Origin: Fidelibacterota bacterium
GTDB taxonomy: Bacteria; Fidelibacterota; Marinisomatia; Marinisomatales; Marinisomataceae
Length of the DNA: 64,000 nt
Direction of reading: 5' to 3'
Assembly (NCBI GenBank): GCA_965212055.1
Contig: OZ243041.1
Location: 704,001 to 768,000 of the forward strand
The position numbers and the translations under genes are program-made. The notes under the pieces were generated by a model, which saw nothing but the letters and a program-made list of their open reading frames with translations, was not told where the DNA came from and made no database searches. Below, piece after piece: positions 1 to 9,740 of the stretch. Each line of letters opens with the position of its first letter. The first letter of the stretch is position 1.

Positions 1-11
1 CCATTGTTTTC

Positions 12-713
12 TTAAATATATGTTTCTAATTCCTTAGAAATGAAACTACCATTAAATGTCTTCAAAGTAAATCTTTCAGTTGTACAAGAAAACTCTGATA
101 TTGAAGCATTCTTGATAGCAAAATTTTGCTTCTGTATATCCTGAGGACTACACTGTGTTGCCTCTCCATAGAGTGCTGATATTACTCCACCAGACGTTAC
201 AATGAGAACATTAGAGGATTCGGGCAAAGAATTTTGTATTGTATTTAACGATTTTTTCACTCTAGACCTAAAATCTGTATATGATTCCAAATCTGTATTG
301 GTTAAATCTAGTTCCGAATTAGCCCATTTTAATGCAATATATTGAAACATTTTAAAAAACTTTTTTTCCTGATTATCATTTTCATAATTTTTATATAAAT
401 CAATCAGTTTGGGATCAGATTGTAGGAGTTTTGGTGCAAAATATTGAGTTACTTCCATCAAATGATTTTCAGCAAATCCATTTTCAATAGAAAAAGGAAT
501 TTTTTCGTTAGCATTATACCCCTCTATGATTCCATCAAAAGTTTGTATATGGCGTTTGAGTGGACCAACAATTGCTTTATCAAAATTTAATTTCTGTTTT
601 GCAAGCACTTTACCAAGCTCAACAGACTGTTTAAGGCCTAAATCGCTAAGATTATCATAGTCATCTTCGCCAAATGAAGCCTGACCATGGCGTACAAAAA
701 ATAATGTATTAAT
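12..713 (-). CDS. Histidine phosphatase family protein (phosphoglycerate mutase-like); probable ATT start at 713
   Basis: N-terminal FFVRHGQASFG (RHG motif), LSDLG..Q, late IVTSGG. The ORF-track start at 761 lies inside the upstream gene; AAGGGG precedes ATT at 713. Confidence 0.8.
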   Translation of the reverse strand: MNTLFFVRHGQASFGEDDYDNLSDLGLKQSVELGKVLAKQKLNFDKAIVGPLKRHIQTFDGIIEGYNANEKIPFSIENGFAENHLMEVTQYFAPKLLQSDPKLIDLYKNYENDNQEKKFFKMFQYIALKWANSELDLTNTDLESYTDFRSRVKKSLNTIQNSLPESSNVLIVTSGGVISALYGEATQCSPQDIQKQNFAIKNASISEFSCTTERFTLKTFNGSFISKELETYI

Positions 714-724
714 TTTTTTCCCCT

Positions 725-1192
725 TTATTCGAAAATAAGAAAAACTAATTCTGCAACACATGCAGGTTTTTCACTATTTTCTAATTCAAAAGTCAAGGAT
801 ACAATTAAACGTGCACCTTGTCCTCTCTGGTTATCTATCTTTTCAAAATTTTTTAAAACTGTCCTTCCTCTCACTTTGCTGTTTGCTGGAACAGGAGCAG
901 TAAAACGTACATGGTTCAGTCCATAATTAATACCCATTTTTGCTGATTTAACGGCATAAGTATCCTCTAACATTCTTGGAGCTAATGATAAAACAAGAAA
1001 TCCGTGTGCTATCGTCGTTTTGAAAGGAGATAAAAGCTTTGCTTTTATAGGCTCGGTATGAATCCATTGAAGATCTCCAGTCACTTCTGCAAACTCATTA
1101 ATTTGTTTTTGAGTAATCTTTTGCCATTCAGTAACACCAAGTTCTTGACCTACGCTGGCTTCTAATTCACTAATATTTTTAAACACTTTCAT
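725..1192 (-). CDS. MaoC-family dehydratase (hot-dog fold)
   Basis: FAEVTGDLQWIH and TIAHGFL motifs, INYGLNHVRF. Confidence 0.9.
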   Translation of the reverse strand: MKVFKNISELEASVGQELGVTEWQKITQKQINEFAEVTGDLQWIHTEPIKAKLLSPFKTTIAHGFLVLSLAPRMLEDTYAVKSAKMGINYGLNHVRFTAPVPANSKVRGRTVLKNFEKIDNQRGQGARLIVSLTFELENSEKPACVAELVFLIFE

Positions 1193-1201
1193 ACGTGAAA
1201 A

Positions 1202-2563
1202 TTAAGAGTTCGAAGTGTCTCCTACAATATGAAATTTTTTAAAATAATACTGGAGAAATAAGAATGAAATTCCCGTTGCTATTACAATTGCTAATACCTG
1301 GGCATACCATACCCAAATAATAGGTTTTCCTATTTGTTCGAAATATAGAGCAAGCGGAGCAGTAATCATTAAAACTCTAATCGTAGTTACCACCAATAAA
1401 GGCATTCCTTCACCAAATGCTTGACAAATTCTAGCACATATTACGCTGACTGCAACTGCTGGATATACCAGTACAATTATTTGTAGATAAGTAATTCCAA
1501 CTTCCAAGACTGTTGGATTTGTTGTAAAAACTGGTAAAATCATTTCTGCAGACAAATAGAGAATCACTACGTTTACTATAGTAATTATAACTGCTCTTGA
1601 AATTCCATATTTTACTATCCATACTAGTTTAGAGAATTCCTTGGCACCAAAAAACATACCTACAATTGTCGTTAGTGCAATTGCAATCCCCAAACAAGGC
1701 ATAAATAATAACATATCTATTCGAGAGACAATTTGATATGCTGCTACTTCTTCAGGACCATAATTAATCAAGATTTTATTAAGTACAGCTTGTCCAAAAG
1801 AAATAATTAACATCGACAATGAGGATGGAATTCCTACCTTAAATATCATATTTAGTATATTAGGCGTATAACGAAAATGACTAAAATTGAATGAAATGAA
1901 TGTTTTTTTCATGACAAAGATAACCATGAAATACATCGCCAACATTATCACCTGACTTAAGACAGTTGCAATTGCTGCACCATCAACGCCATAATCAAGC
2001 AAAAAGATAAAAATAGGGTCCAATATAACATTTGATATTGTTCCAACTAAACCAATAATCATTGGAATTTTTGTTTCCCCTTCTCCAGCAAGAATAGCTC
2101 TAAAAAACAATGAAAATACTACCCCACCTATTCCAAAAGTCAATATCTTTAAATACGAATGGGCAGTATCAAGAATATAGTCATATGCACCTAACAATAT
2201 TAGTAGATCTCTTCCAAAATAGACCCCTAGTATAGTTAATAATACGCTAATAGCAATTCCTAATAAAATAGCATGTTCAGCACAATTATCTGCATTTTTT
2301 TTGTCTTTTTTACCGATATATTGCGCGATAGATGCTGTTACACCAGCTCCCAACCCAACAGTCAATCCAATAATAATAAAAAAAAGTGGACTTACAAAAG
2401 CAACGGCAGCGACTTCATCTGCTCCCAACCAACCAATAAACATGATATCCACAACATTAAACAATGTCTGAACCATCATTCCTGCAATAATAGGAAGTGC
2501 CATGGACCATAGTGCCCGTGTAGGATTGTTAAGGAACGATTTTAGACGTGACTCTTTTTGCAT
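1202..2563 (-). CDS. MATE family efflux transporter
   Basis: About 12 hydrophobic segments; ALPII..MVQTLFNVVD, NVILDPIFIF, GVDGAAIAT motifs. Confidence 0.9.
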   Translation of the reverse strand: MQKESRLKSFLNNPTRALWSMALPIIAGMMVQTLFNVVDIMFIGWLGADEVAAVAFVSPLFFIIIGLTVGLGAGVTASIAQYIGKKDKKNADNCAEHAILLGIAISVLLTILGVYFGRDLLILLGAYDYILDTAHSYLKILTFGIGGVVFSLFFRAILAGEGETKIPMIIGLVGTISNVILDPIFIFLLDYGVDGAAIATVLSQVIMLAMYFMVIFVMKKTFISFNFSHFRYTPNILNMIFKVGIPSSLSMLIISFGQAVLNKILINYGPEEVAAYQIVSRIDMLLFMPCLGIAIALTTIVGMFFGAKEFSKLVWIVKYGISRAVIITIVNVVILYLSAEMILPVFTTNPTVLEVGITYLQIIVLVYPAVAVSVICARICQAFGEGMPLLVVTTIRVLMITAPLALYFEQIGKPIIWVWYAQVLAIVIATGISFLFLQYYFKKFHIVGDTSNS

Positions 2564-2572
2564 ACAATTATC

Positions 2573-3064
2573 TTACTTAAAGAGAGATAAATACTCTTTA
2601 TAACCTTCTTTTTCCATCTCTTTAAGAGGAATAAATTTTAATGCGGCAGAATTAATACAATAACGTAGTCCTGTTGGATTAGGGCCATCATCAAATACGT
2701 GCCCTAAATGAGAATCGCTATTTTTTGCTTTTATCTCTGTTCGAGGAAGAAGTAATTCATAATCTTGTTCAAATTTTAGGTTCTTTTTGTTAATGGTTTG
2801 GTAAAAAGAAGGCCATCCTGTTTTTGAGTCATATTTGTGTTGAGATGAAAACAATGGTTCTCCTGATACAATATCAACATAAATACCAGGTTCTTTATTG
2901 TCCCAATATTCGTTATTAAATGCCGGTTCTGTCCCACATTCTTGTGTTACATAATACTGCATATCATTTAATTTTGCTTTTTTCTCTGACATTAAATTAT
3001 CTATAGTTTGAGCATATAAGACATTGAAAACAACGCTTAATAGCAAGATTCTGGTATAATTCAT
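2573..3064 (-). CDS. msrB: Peptide-methionine (R)-S-oxide reductase with signal peptide
   Basis: [34 protein letters not shown] motifs. Confidence 0.95.
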   Translation of the reverse strand: MNYTRILLLSVVFNVLYAQTIDNLMSEKKAKLNDMQYYVTQECGTEPAFNNEYWDNKEPGIYVDIVSGEPLFSSQHKYDSKTGWPSFYQTINKKNLKFEQDYELLLPRTEIKAKNSDSHLGHVFDDGPNPTGLRYCINSAALKFIPLKEMEKEGYKEYLSLFK

Positions 3065-3162
3065 TGGATAGAACTTAATAATAAGATTCGATTTTTTATT
3101 TGGTTTTTTTACTATGCTATATTACCTTACTCAGAACTAACTAATTAGAGAGGTATAATAAT

Positions 3163-6129
3163 ATGCATAATATTAAATATATTTTAATTGCTCTCCTGTC
3201 TACTGCTATGTTAAGTGCACAGACTGTCTCTGGGACAGTAAGTGATACTGACGGTAGTGGATTAGCAGGTGCAAACGTCTCTGTTGATGGTACTGATTTA
3301 GGATCAGCATCTAACAATGACGGCTCTTATTCCGTTACAGGATTGTCAGCCGGTACATATACCGTAACTGCTTCTTATATCGGATACGAAAGTACTAGTT
3401 CAAGTGTTACTGTAGGCGACGGCCAAACTGTAACATTGAATCTCACATTAGATCAAGGCGATGTTCGCCTTAATCAAGTAGTAGTTGCAGCTTCTAGAAA
3501 GAAAGAACTTGTAGTTGATGCTCCTGCTAGTGTGGAAGTATTTTCAAGCGAAGAATTAAGCGTACGTAGTGCAAAATCGATTATTGATCATACTGAAGGT
3601 CGCGCTGGTGTAGAAACCATGAAGACTGGTATGGCATCGTCTAACGTTACGTTACGTGGTTTCAATGGTATCTTTTCTGGCGCTTTACACGTCATGGTCG
3701 ACAACCGTTGGGCTAGACCTCCAGTAATTACAGCTAATCTCTTTCAACTGATTGGTATGGAAGAAGAAGATATAGATAGAATAGAGCTTGTTCGTGGTCC
3801 TGGATCTACAATGTATGGTCCTAACACAGCACAAGGCGTAATGGCTATTTATACTAAGTCTCCATTTGATCAAAGTGGGGGTAGACTTTCAATTACTGGT
3901 GGACAGAATAACTATGCGAAAATCTCAGCAGGATATGCTGGTCAGTGGGGCAGTAAATTTGCTTATAGAGTAAGTGTAAGCCATACTGAATTCGATGAAT
4001 GGTCATATGATATTAATAATAGTGGTACACTTGGCGGATACAGTGAACCAGGAACGGTAAGACGTTGGTTAGCTACTCCTTCATATCCATTTAGAAACTA
4101 TGATACTATCTATGACGATCCAGTAGGAGGTGTTAATAATAACCCTGCTACCGAATTAGAACCAGTAAGTCTTTACACTGATGTGGTTACTACCAAAATG
4201 GAGTTTCGTCCTGACCTAAAATCTACTATCACTCTTTCTTTACGCGGCACAGAAGCTGACGCAATAGAAATGACAGGTATTGGTAGAGCTTATGGAATCG
4301 GTGCAAACTCTATGTCAGAACAGATTTCATATCAACGCCAAGATGTCCTTGGAGGCGATTTGTTTATTAATGTGTTCAATAACCATAATTCTCAAGAGGG
4401 TACTTATATTCTTGCAACGGGACAAATTATCTATGATAGATCTTCATCCCTTGCATTCCAAGTACAGCATTCTGTACCATTGGGTAATGGTCAACACTTG
4501 ACTTATGGTATCGATCATGAAGATAGAACTCCAGATACTGGTGGCAGTATCAATGGAGTATTTGAAGATTCTGATAACTATACTTCAGATGGTGTCTATG
4601 CGCAGTACGAAAACCAACTAAACGACAGTTGGAAATTGGTAGCTGCAATTAGAGGAGATGATAACACGTGGAATGATGATTTATTAGTGTCCCCAAGATT
4701 CGCAGTGGTATATAAACCAACTGCTACGGGACAAGTAAGGTTTACTTACAACAAGTCTATCGAGGTTCCAGGAAATTATCCGAAAAATCTAGATATTACT
4801 CAATATGCTAATTTCTTATCATTAGCAGGAGTACCTGATTTCTCAGGATTACTTGGATTCCAACCTGACTTTAATTTACGTGCAATGGGTGCAAGAGATG
4901 GATACAACTATCATATGGGTACGAATGGGGTAAACTCATTTCGTAGTAATTGGTCACAACATCCTTATTTAGGTGGTAATATTAACCATAATTGGGATCT
5001 TGGTGACGCAAACTTCAATGCAGTTGTATGGCCTACTCTAGCTTCATTCATTGGTGGTGGATTTTTACAAAGTCCTAGTGGTGGAGCATTGTTAGCAGGA
5101 TACGCTCAAGGCGTCGGTGCTGCTTATGCTGCTGCTACAGGTGATGTTAGTGGTGCTGCTGCCTATGGTGCAGCCGCTGCTGCTTCAGCTGCCGCTGATT
5201 TCCAAACACTAATGGGTGTAACTCCAAATATTGCTCATGTAACAGCTCAGTATGTTCCTGCAGCAGGTGCTTTCGTACCTTCTGATGGTGCAAATGCAGC
5301 TGCTATTGGCAAGAATGACCACACAACTCGTGACGTATACGAAATTGGGTATAAAGGACAAATTGGTAACGGTATGGTGTTAGGTGTTGATCTATGGACT
5401 ACTGAAGTTCATGATTACATCGGTGCCCTAACTAACATGTCTCATAGTGTAATTATGGCCGCAGATGGCGCAGACTATGTTGCAAAATTAATGACTGCAA
5501 TGTATGGAAACGCTAACCTAACAGGGTTTGTTAACTTGTTAGATAGTGCTGCTGCTGGTGGAAATGGCAACGGAATTGGTGCCGATGATCTTGCAGCTAT
5601 TGTTGCAGGTTCAGTAGGTTCGATTCCAGTTGGAAACATTTCTCCAGATCACTCACCATATGGTGCTGACATGATCTTTGGATACGGTAAAGTTACTGAA
5701 TCATTCAGACTTAGCGGTATGGATCTTTCATTCAACTGGTATCCTAGCGAAGCATGGTCTTTCTGGAGTGCAATGTCTTATATAAATAAAGATGAGATTA
5801 GTGTTCCAAATGTTGATGAAGAAGGTGTATTAAACATGAATACTCCAAAGATGAAACTTGGTGGTGGAATGCAATATTCTGGCGATGGCCATGGATATGG
5901 ACTTAGACTACGTTATCAAGATTCATATAATATGGATGGATCAGTGTATGCTGGTAAAGTCGAATCTTTCTACACTTTAGGTGTAAATGCAAGTTTCGAT
6001 ATTGATTCAGCTCCTGGTTTAAAAGTTACCTTAACAGTTGACAATATTACTGACCAAGTACACCGTGAAGCATTCCAAGGTGCTTTAATGGGTAGATGGG
6101 CTTCAGTAAGACTCGGATATGAGTTTTAA
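3163..6129 (+). CDS. TonB-dependent receptor with N-terminal carboxypeptidase-regulatory-like domain
   Basis: Signal peptide, VSGTVSD..GLAGANV domain, plug motif IDRIELVRGPGSTMYG, C-terminal ASVRLGYEF; SD GAGAGG upstream. Confidence 0.93.
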   Translation: MHNIKYILIALLSTAMLSAQTVSGTVSDTDGSGLAGANVSVDGTDLGSASNNDGSYSVTGLSAGTYTVTASYIGYESTSSSVTVGDGQTVTLNLTLDQGDVRLNQVVVAASRKKELVVDAPASVEVFSSEELSVRSAKSIIDHTEGRAGVETMKTGMASSNVTLRGFNGIFSGALHVMVDNRWARPPVITANLFQLIGMEEEDIDRIELVRGPGSTMYGPNTAQGVMAIYTKSPFDQSGGRLSITGGQNNYAKISAGYAGQWGSKFAYRVSVSHTEFDEWSYDINNSGTLGGYSEPGTVRRWLATPSYPFRNYDTIYDDPVGGVNNNPATELEPVSLYTDVVTTKMEFRPDLKSTITLSLRGTEADAIEMTGIGRAYGIGANSMSEQISYQRQDVLGGDLFINVFNNHNSQEGTYILATGQIIYDRSSSLAFQVQHSVPLGNGQHLTYGIDHEDRTPDTGGSINGVFEDSDNYTSDGVYAQYENQLNDSWKLVAAIRGDDNTWNDDLLVSPRFAVVYKPTATGQVRFTYNKSIEVPGNYPKNLDITQYANFLSLAGVPDFSGLLGFQPDFNLRAMGARDGYNYHMGTNGVNSFRSNWSQHPYLGGNINHNWDLGDANFNAVVWPTLASFIGGGFLQSPSGGALLAGYAQGVGAAYAAATGDVSGAAAYGAAAAASAAADFQTLMGVTPNIAHVTAQYVPAAGAFVPSDGANAAAIGKNDHTTRDVYEIGYKGQIGNGMVLGVDLWTTEVHDYIGALTNMSHSVIMAADGADYVAKLMTAMYGNANLTGFVNLLDSAAAGGNGNGIGADDLAAIVAGSVGSIPVGNISPDHSPYGADMIFGYGKVTESFRLSGMDLSFNWYPSEAWSFWSAMSYINKDEISVPNVDEEGVLNMNTPKMKLGGGMQYSGDGHGYGLRLRYQDSYNMDGSVYAGKVESFYTLGVNASFDIDSAPGLKVTLTVDNITDQVHREAFQGALMGRWASVRLGYEF

Positions 6130-6148
6130 TTGTAGACGTAATTGATAT

Positions 6149-6182
6149 AAAAAAAGCCCTCATTTTTTGAGGGCTTTTTTTT
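6149..6182. terminator. Bidirectional rho-independent terminator
   Basis: AAAAAAAGCCCTCA-tttt-TGAGGGCTTTTTTT hairpin flanked by A and T tracts, between convergent genes. Confidence 0.9.
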
Positions 6183-6185
6183 ATT

Positions 6186-7151
6186 CTAATCTTTCCCGAC
6201 TTTCTGCCAGGGCAATGCTACCAGATCTACATTTCCTCCGGTAAGAAGAAGAACAACTTTCTGTCCTTTAAATCTTTCTTTGTTAGCAATTACACTCGCA
6301 AGCGTAAGAGCACACGATGGTTCTACAATAATTTTCATTTGTTCCCAAATCAATTTAGTTGTTTCAATAATTTCGTCTTCTGTTGCTAAAATAATATCGT
6401 CTACATTTTTTTGAATGATTGGAAGAGTAAATTCACCAACAATCGCCATTAATCCATCTGCAACCGATTCTCTGTGTTGCATCGGAATACGTTTATTGGC
6501 TTGAAACATAAGATAGGTATCATCTACATTTTTTGGTTCAGTACCAATGATCTGTGCTTGAGAACCAAGGCCTTTTAACGCAATCGAAATACCGCTAATA
6601 AGCCCTCCACCGCCTATAGGAACTACAATAGCATCAAAATCATCTAATTGGTCACAAATTTCAAGACCGATTGTACCCTGCCCTGCAATGACCGAATAAT
6701 TATCATATGGGTGAATAGAAATACGATTATATTTTTTTAATACTTCTTTAAATAATTCATCTCTTTCACTCATTGTATCACAAAAAATCATATTTCCATT
6801 GTAGGTGTTCACATTATGGATTTTTGCTTTAGAAACGCTTTTTGCCATCACAATATCTGCATGGACTCCCTTTAAGCTCGCAGCACATGCGATTGCTCCA
6901 CCATGATTGCCTGAAGACTGACAAGCAACTCCTTGTTTTGCTTCCTCTTCTGTTAAAGAAAAAATAGCATTGGATGCCCCTCTAATTTTGAATGAACCTG
7001 TTTTTTGGAAATTTTCACATTTAAAAAAAAGTTCCATGCCCAATAATTCATTAAAATAATCTGAGGTGATAATAGGTGTTTTTCGAACAATCGAATCTGT
7101 TAGAGACTGTGCATTTTGAATATCTTCTAGCGTAGGAGGTTGTGATAACAT
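6186..7151 (-). CDS. PLP-dependent serine/threonine dehydratase (serine racemase-like, fold type II, no ACT domain)
   Basis: FKCENFQKTGSFKIRGA (PLP lysine), SSGNH, HPYD...AGQGT, PIGGGGL, TGGN. Confidence 0.9.
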   Translation of the reverse strand: MLSQPPTLEDIQNAQSLTDSIVRKTPIITSDYFNELLGMELFFKCENFQKTGSFKIRGASNAIFSLTEEEAKQGVACQSSGNHGGAIACAASLKGVHADIVMAKSVSKAKIHNVNTYNGNMIFCDTMSERDELFKEVLKKYNRISIHPYDNYSVIAGQGTIGLEICDQLDDFDAIVVPIGGGGLISGISIALKGLGSQAQIIGTEPKNVDDTYLMFQANKRIPMQHRESVADGLMAIVGEFTLPIIQKNVDDIILATEDEIIETTKLIWEQMKIIVEPSCALTLASVIANKERFKGQKVVLLLTGGNVDLVALPWQKVGKD

Positions 7152-7164
7152 TAATTGAAGGTAA

Positions 7165-9681
7165 TTATTTTAAATATAACAACTTCCCTACAGCATTAAA
7201 ATTGCTGGAGCGAATTTGATAAAAATATACCCCGCTACTTACATTATCTCCATCATCATTTTTTGCATCCCATTGTACAGATTGGTAACCAAATCGTTCT
7301 TGGTTATCGATTAGCTTTCTGACTACCCTACCACGAATATCTAATATAACCATATTGATAGTTTCAGTGGCAGGCATATCAAATTCAACAATGGTAGCAC
7401 TAGTGAATGGATTTGGATAACTCTGAGCCAAACGATACGTTGATGGAGCAGTTTGTAATAAATTATATCCTTCTGATACGATCTGATCATTTCCATCAGA
7501 AGCTGAATAACTAATTCTTAAAAATTCATATGTGTCAGTTAGATTTTGGAAACCGAAATGTAGTTCTGGTTCTGGTAAAACGTTAGAATCTCCATGATCA
7601 CCAAATTCAACGTGCGCTACACCAGCCTGTGTATTGTTTAAAACTAATCTTCCTTCTGATGATGTAGTAAGCAGACTTACACTATAATTACCAGGACTAT
7701 ATTCAAAGTAAACCTGTCCTGATTTTGTCCCACTTGGGAATTTTACTACTAGCTGATTGTTTAATATACGTAAAAAAGGACTTTGCCCTGATACTGAATA
7801 GTTTGGAACCTGTAATCCATTTTCTTGCAGTGACCAATCCCACATATTTTCAAACATTGCTAAATCTTGTGCATCTGCAACGCCATCAAAATTTGGGAAG
7901 AAATATGGAGCACTTCCTGTAATTGGTGCTATATCCACGTAAGGCCACGAAGCTATAAATGCACTATAATCGTCAAAATCGACATCCCAATCATTATCCA
8001 TATCTGCTAAGAGTGACCCAAAATAATAAAAGGATGAAGAAACTGTAGTTGAATTTAAACCAACTAAATCTTGTCCATATACATTCACATGATATTGTTG
8101 ATAATCACTTAATCCGAGAGAATTAAGATTAATTGTGGTGCTGGAATAAGGTGTAGATGCTAATATGTCTCCACCGCCAACAGATGAACCAACGGATACA
8201 AAATAAAGTGCTACACCTGTAGTAGCATCATAAAAATTATCTAGCTGTAATGTAATATCAGGGTTTTGAGTAATATATTGAGTATCTTGAATATTTGTAA
8301 TTGCTAATGTCCCAACCGTAGGATTAACTCTATCTACAATTACCACAATTTCATTTGAAGCAAAATTTGAATCTCCAGATGTATTTCCTGTAACACTGCC
8401 TTCAGCAATTGACACTTTTACTTCGCCATCAACAACAGCTTCAATATCAAAACTGTAATTGGTACCATCTCCACCATTAAAACTTGTCACTGTTGCATTG
8501 CTAAGCACTAAATCATCTTGAGTAAATCCAGTAACAGCTTCACTGAAAGTAACATTAACAGTAAAACCATCATTTGCAGTTGCGTAGGAAGTATTTGAAG
8601 TTAAAACGGTGTTTACACCACTAACAACTTGTGCCCACGTCCAACCATTTGCCCATGAATATCCTTCTAAAGCTTGTTCTTCAGAAAACATGCGCATTTG
8701 GTCATCGTAAGAATAATCCATGTAATTCATGAATTGATCACCTTTTCCGCTTGAACTAATACAGCTATTTTCTGCCTGTCTACCATAGAAATTGCCACTA
8801 CCAGCTGGCCATTCGTATATATTTGCAGATCGATTGTTCACAGTTTGAGGTGGAACATCAGACCAATACTGAGTTCCACAAGTGCTAGCATTAAAAGTGT
8901 GATTATAGGTAAAATTATGTCCTAATTCATGAGTTAAAGTTCTACCGCTATCATAATTATTAACTGTACCAGGATTTTCAACTGAACCAACGGACTCTGT
9001 TAGAGTTACTGATTCAGGCCATCCCAAATATGCTTGACCCAATAATCCACCAGTTAGGGGAGCAATATACATATTTAAGTATCCAGATTGATATCCTGAA
9101 GGGCCTCCTCCATCTGGCGTAATAGAACTAGCAAGACTACTTGCTTCACTTACTCCAGATACTGATGATTGACTAATCTGATATCGACGAATTGTTACAC
9201 CTTCTACTAAATCTGCACCATTTCTTTCTCCTTGAGCTCCAACAAATTCGATTTGATGCATACCTCTAACGCCCTGGAAACTATAATCAATCCCTGGATC
9301 ATTTGGTGCGTCACTTGGATTTGGAGAAGATGGTATTTCATCACCATCGGGATTTATACCCTTAAAATCTAAATTAATTTGATCAAAATTATAACCAAGC
9401 TGTTCTTTGTTAAGATTATCAGACGATGATTGATAAAGTACATGGAAAATAACCGGAATATAAATTGTAGTTTTTTTATCTCCATCCGTACGCCACTGAG
9501 GATTTTCTCTTAATAGCTGTTGTGCTTTTTGAATATATGCATCTCGTTCAGCAATAAATCCTGGATTGGTAAGTTGTAATTCTTGTTCTAATTCATCTGC
9601 AGTACATCTAATCCATTCACTATGATTATGTTGTGCATTTAAGACAGCAAAGAATGATAGAATAAATATTATTTTTTTCAT
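7165..9681 (-). CDS. Secreted M43 (pappalysin/ulilysin-like) zinc metalloprotease with Ig-like, dockerin-like and C-terminal T9SS/FlgD-like domains
   Basis: Signal peptide MKKIIFILSFF (start 9681 preferred over 9741), pro-peptide RC, IPVIFHV, THELGH..NH, Met-turn NYMDY, terminal SYPNPF...GVYFY. Confidence 0.85.
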   Translation of the reverse strand: MKKIIFILSFFAVLNAQHNHSEWIRCTADELEQELQLTNPGFIAERDAYIQKAQQLLRENPQWRTDGDKKTTIYIPVIFHVLYQSSSDNLNKEQLGYNFDQINLDFKGINPDGDEIPSSPNPSDAPNDPGIDYSFQGVRGMHQIEFVGAQGERNGADLVEGVTIRRYQISQSSVSGVSEASSLASSITPDGGGPSGYQSGYLNMYIAPLTGGLLGQAYLGWPESVTLTESVGSVENPGTVNNYDSGRTLTHELGHNFTYNHTFNASTCGTQYWSDVPPQTVNNRSANIYEWPAGSGNFYGRQAENSCISSSGKGDQFMNYMDYSYDDQMRMFSEEQALEGYSWANGWTWAQVVSGVNTVLTSNTSYATANDGFTVNVTFSEAVTGFTQDDLVLSNATVTSFNGGDGTNYSFDIEAVVDGEVKVSIAEGSVTGNTSGDSNFASNEIVVIVDRVNPTVGTLAITNIQDTQYITQNPDITLQLDNFYDATTGVALYFVSVGSSVGGGDILASTPYSSTTINLNSLGLSDYQQYHVNVYGQDLVGLNSTTVSSSFYYFGSLLADMDNDWDVDFDDYSAFIASWPYVDIAPITGSAPYFFPNFDGVADAQDLAMFENMWDWSLQENGLQVPNYSVSGQSPFLRILNNQLVVKFPSGTKSGQVYFEYSPGNYSVSLLTTSSEGRLVLNNTQAGVAHVEFGDHGDSNVLPEPELHFGFQNLTDTYEFLRISYSASDGNDQIVSEGYNLLQTAPSTYRLAQSYPNPFTSATIVEFDMPATETINMVILDIRGRVVRKLIDNQERFGYQSVQWDAKNDDGDNVSSGVYFYQIRSSNFNAVGKLLYLK

Positions 9682-9740
9682 AGGAATAGTTGCAAATAAT
9701 TTAAAGGGTATTATAAAGAATACAAATAAAAAATAACGCA

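Noticed and set aside
3065..3162. Cobalamin riboswitch ahead of the TonB receptor (BtuB hypothesis)
   Set aside because: The 98-nt AT-rich intergenic region has no B12-box or structured elements
5101..5200. GCT/GCA-rich tandem-like repeats
   Set aside because: Explained by poly-Ala coding in the TonB receptor loop; not a DNA-level repeat element
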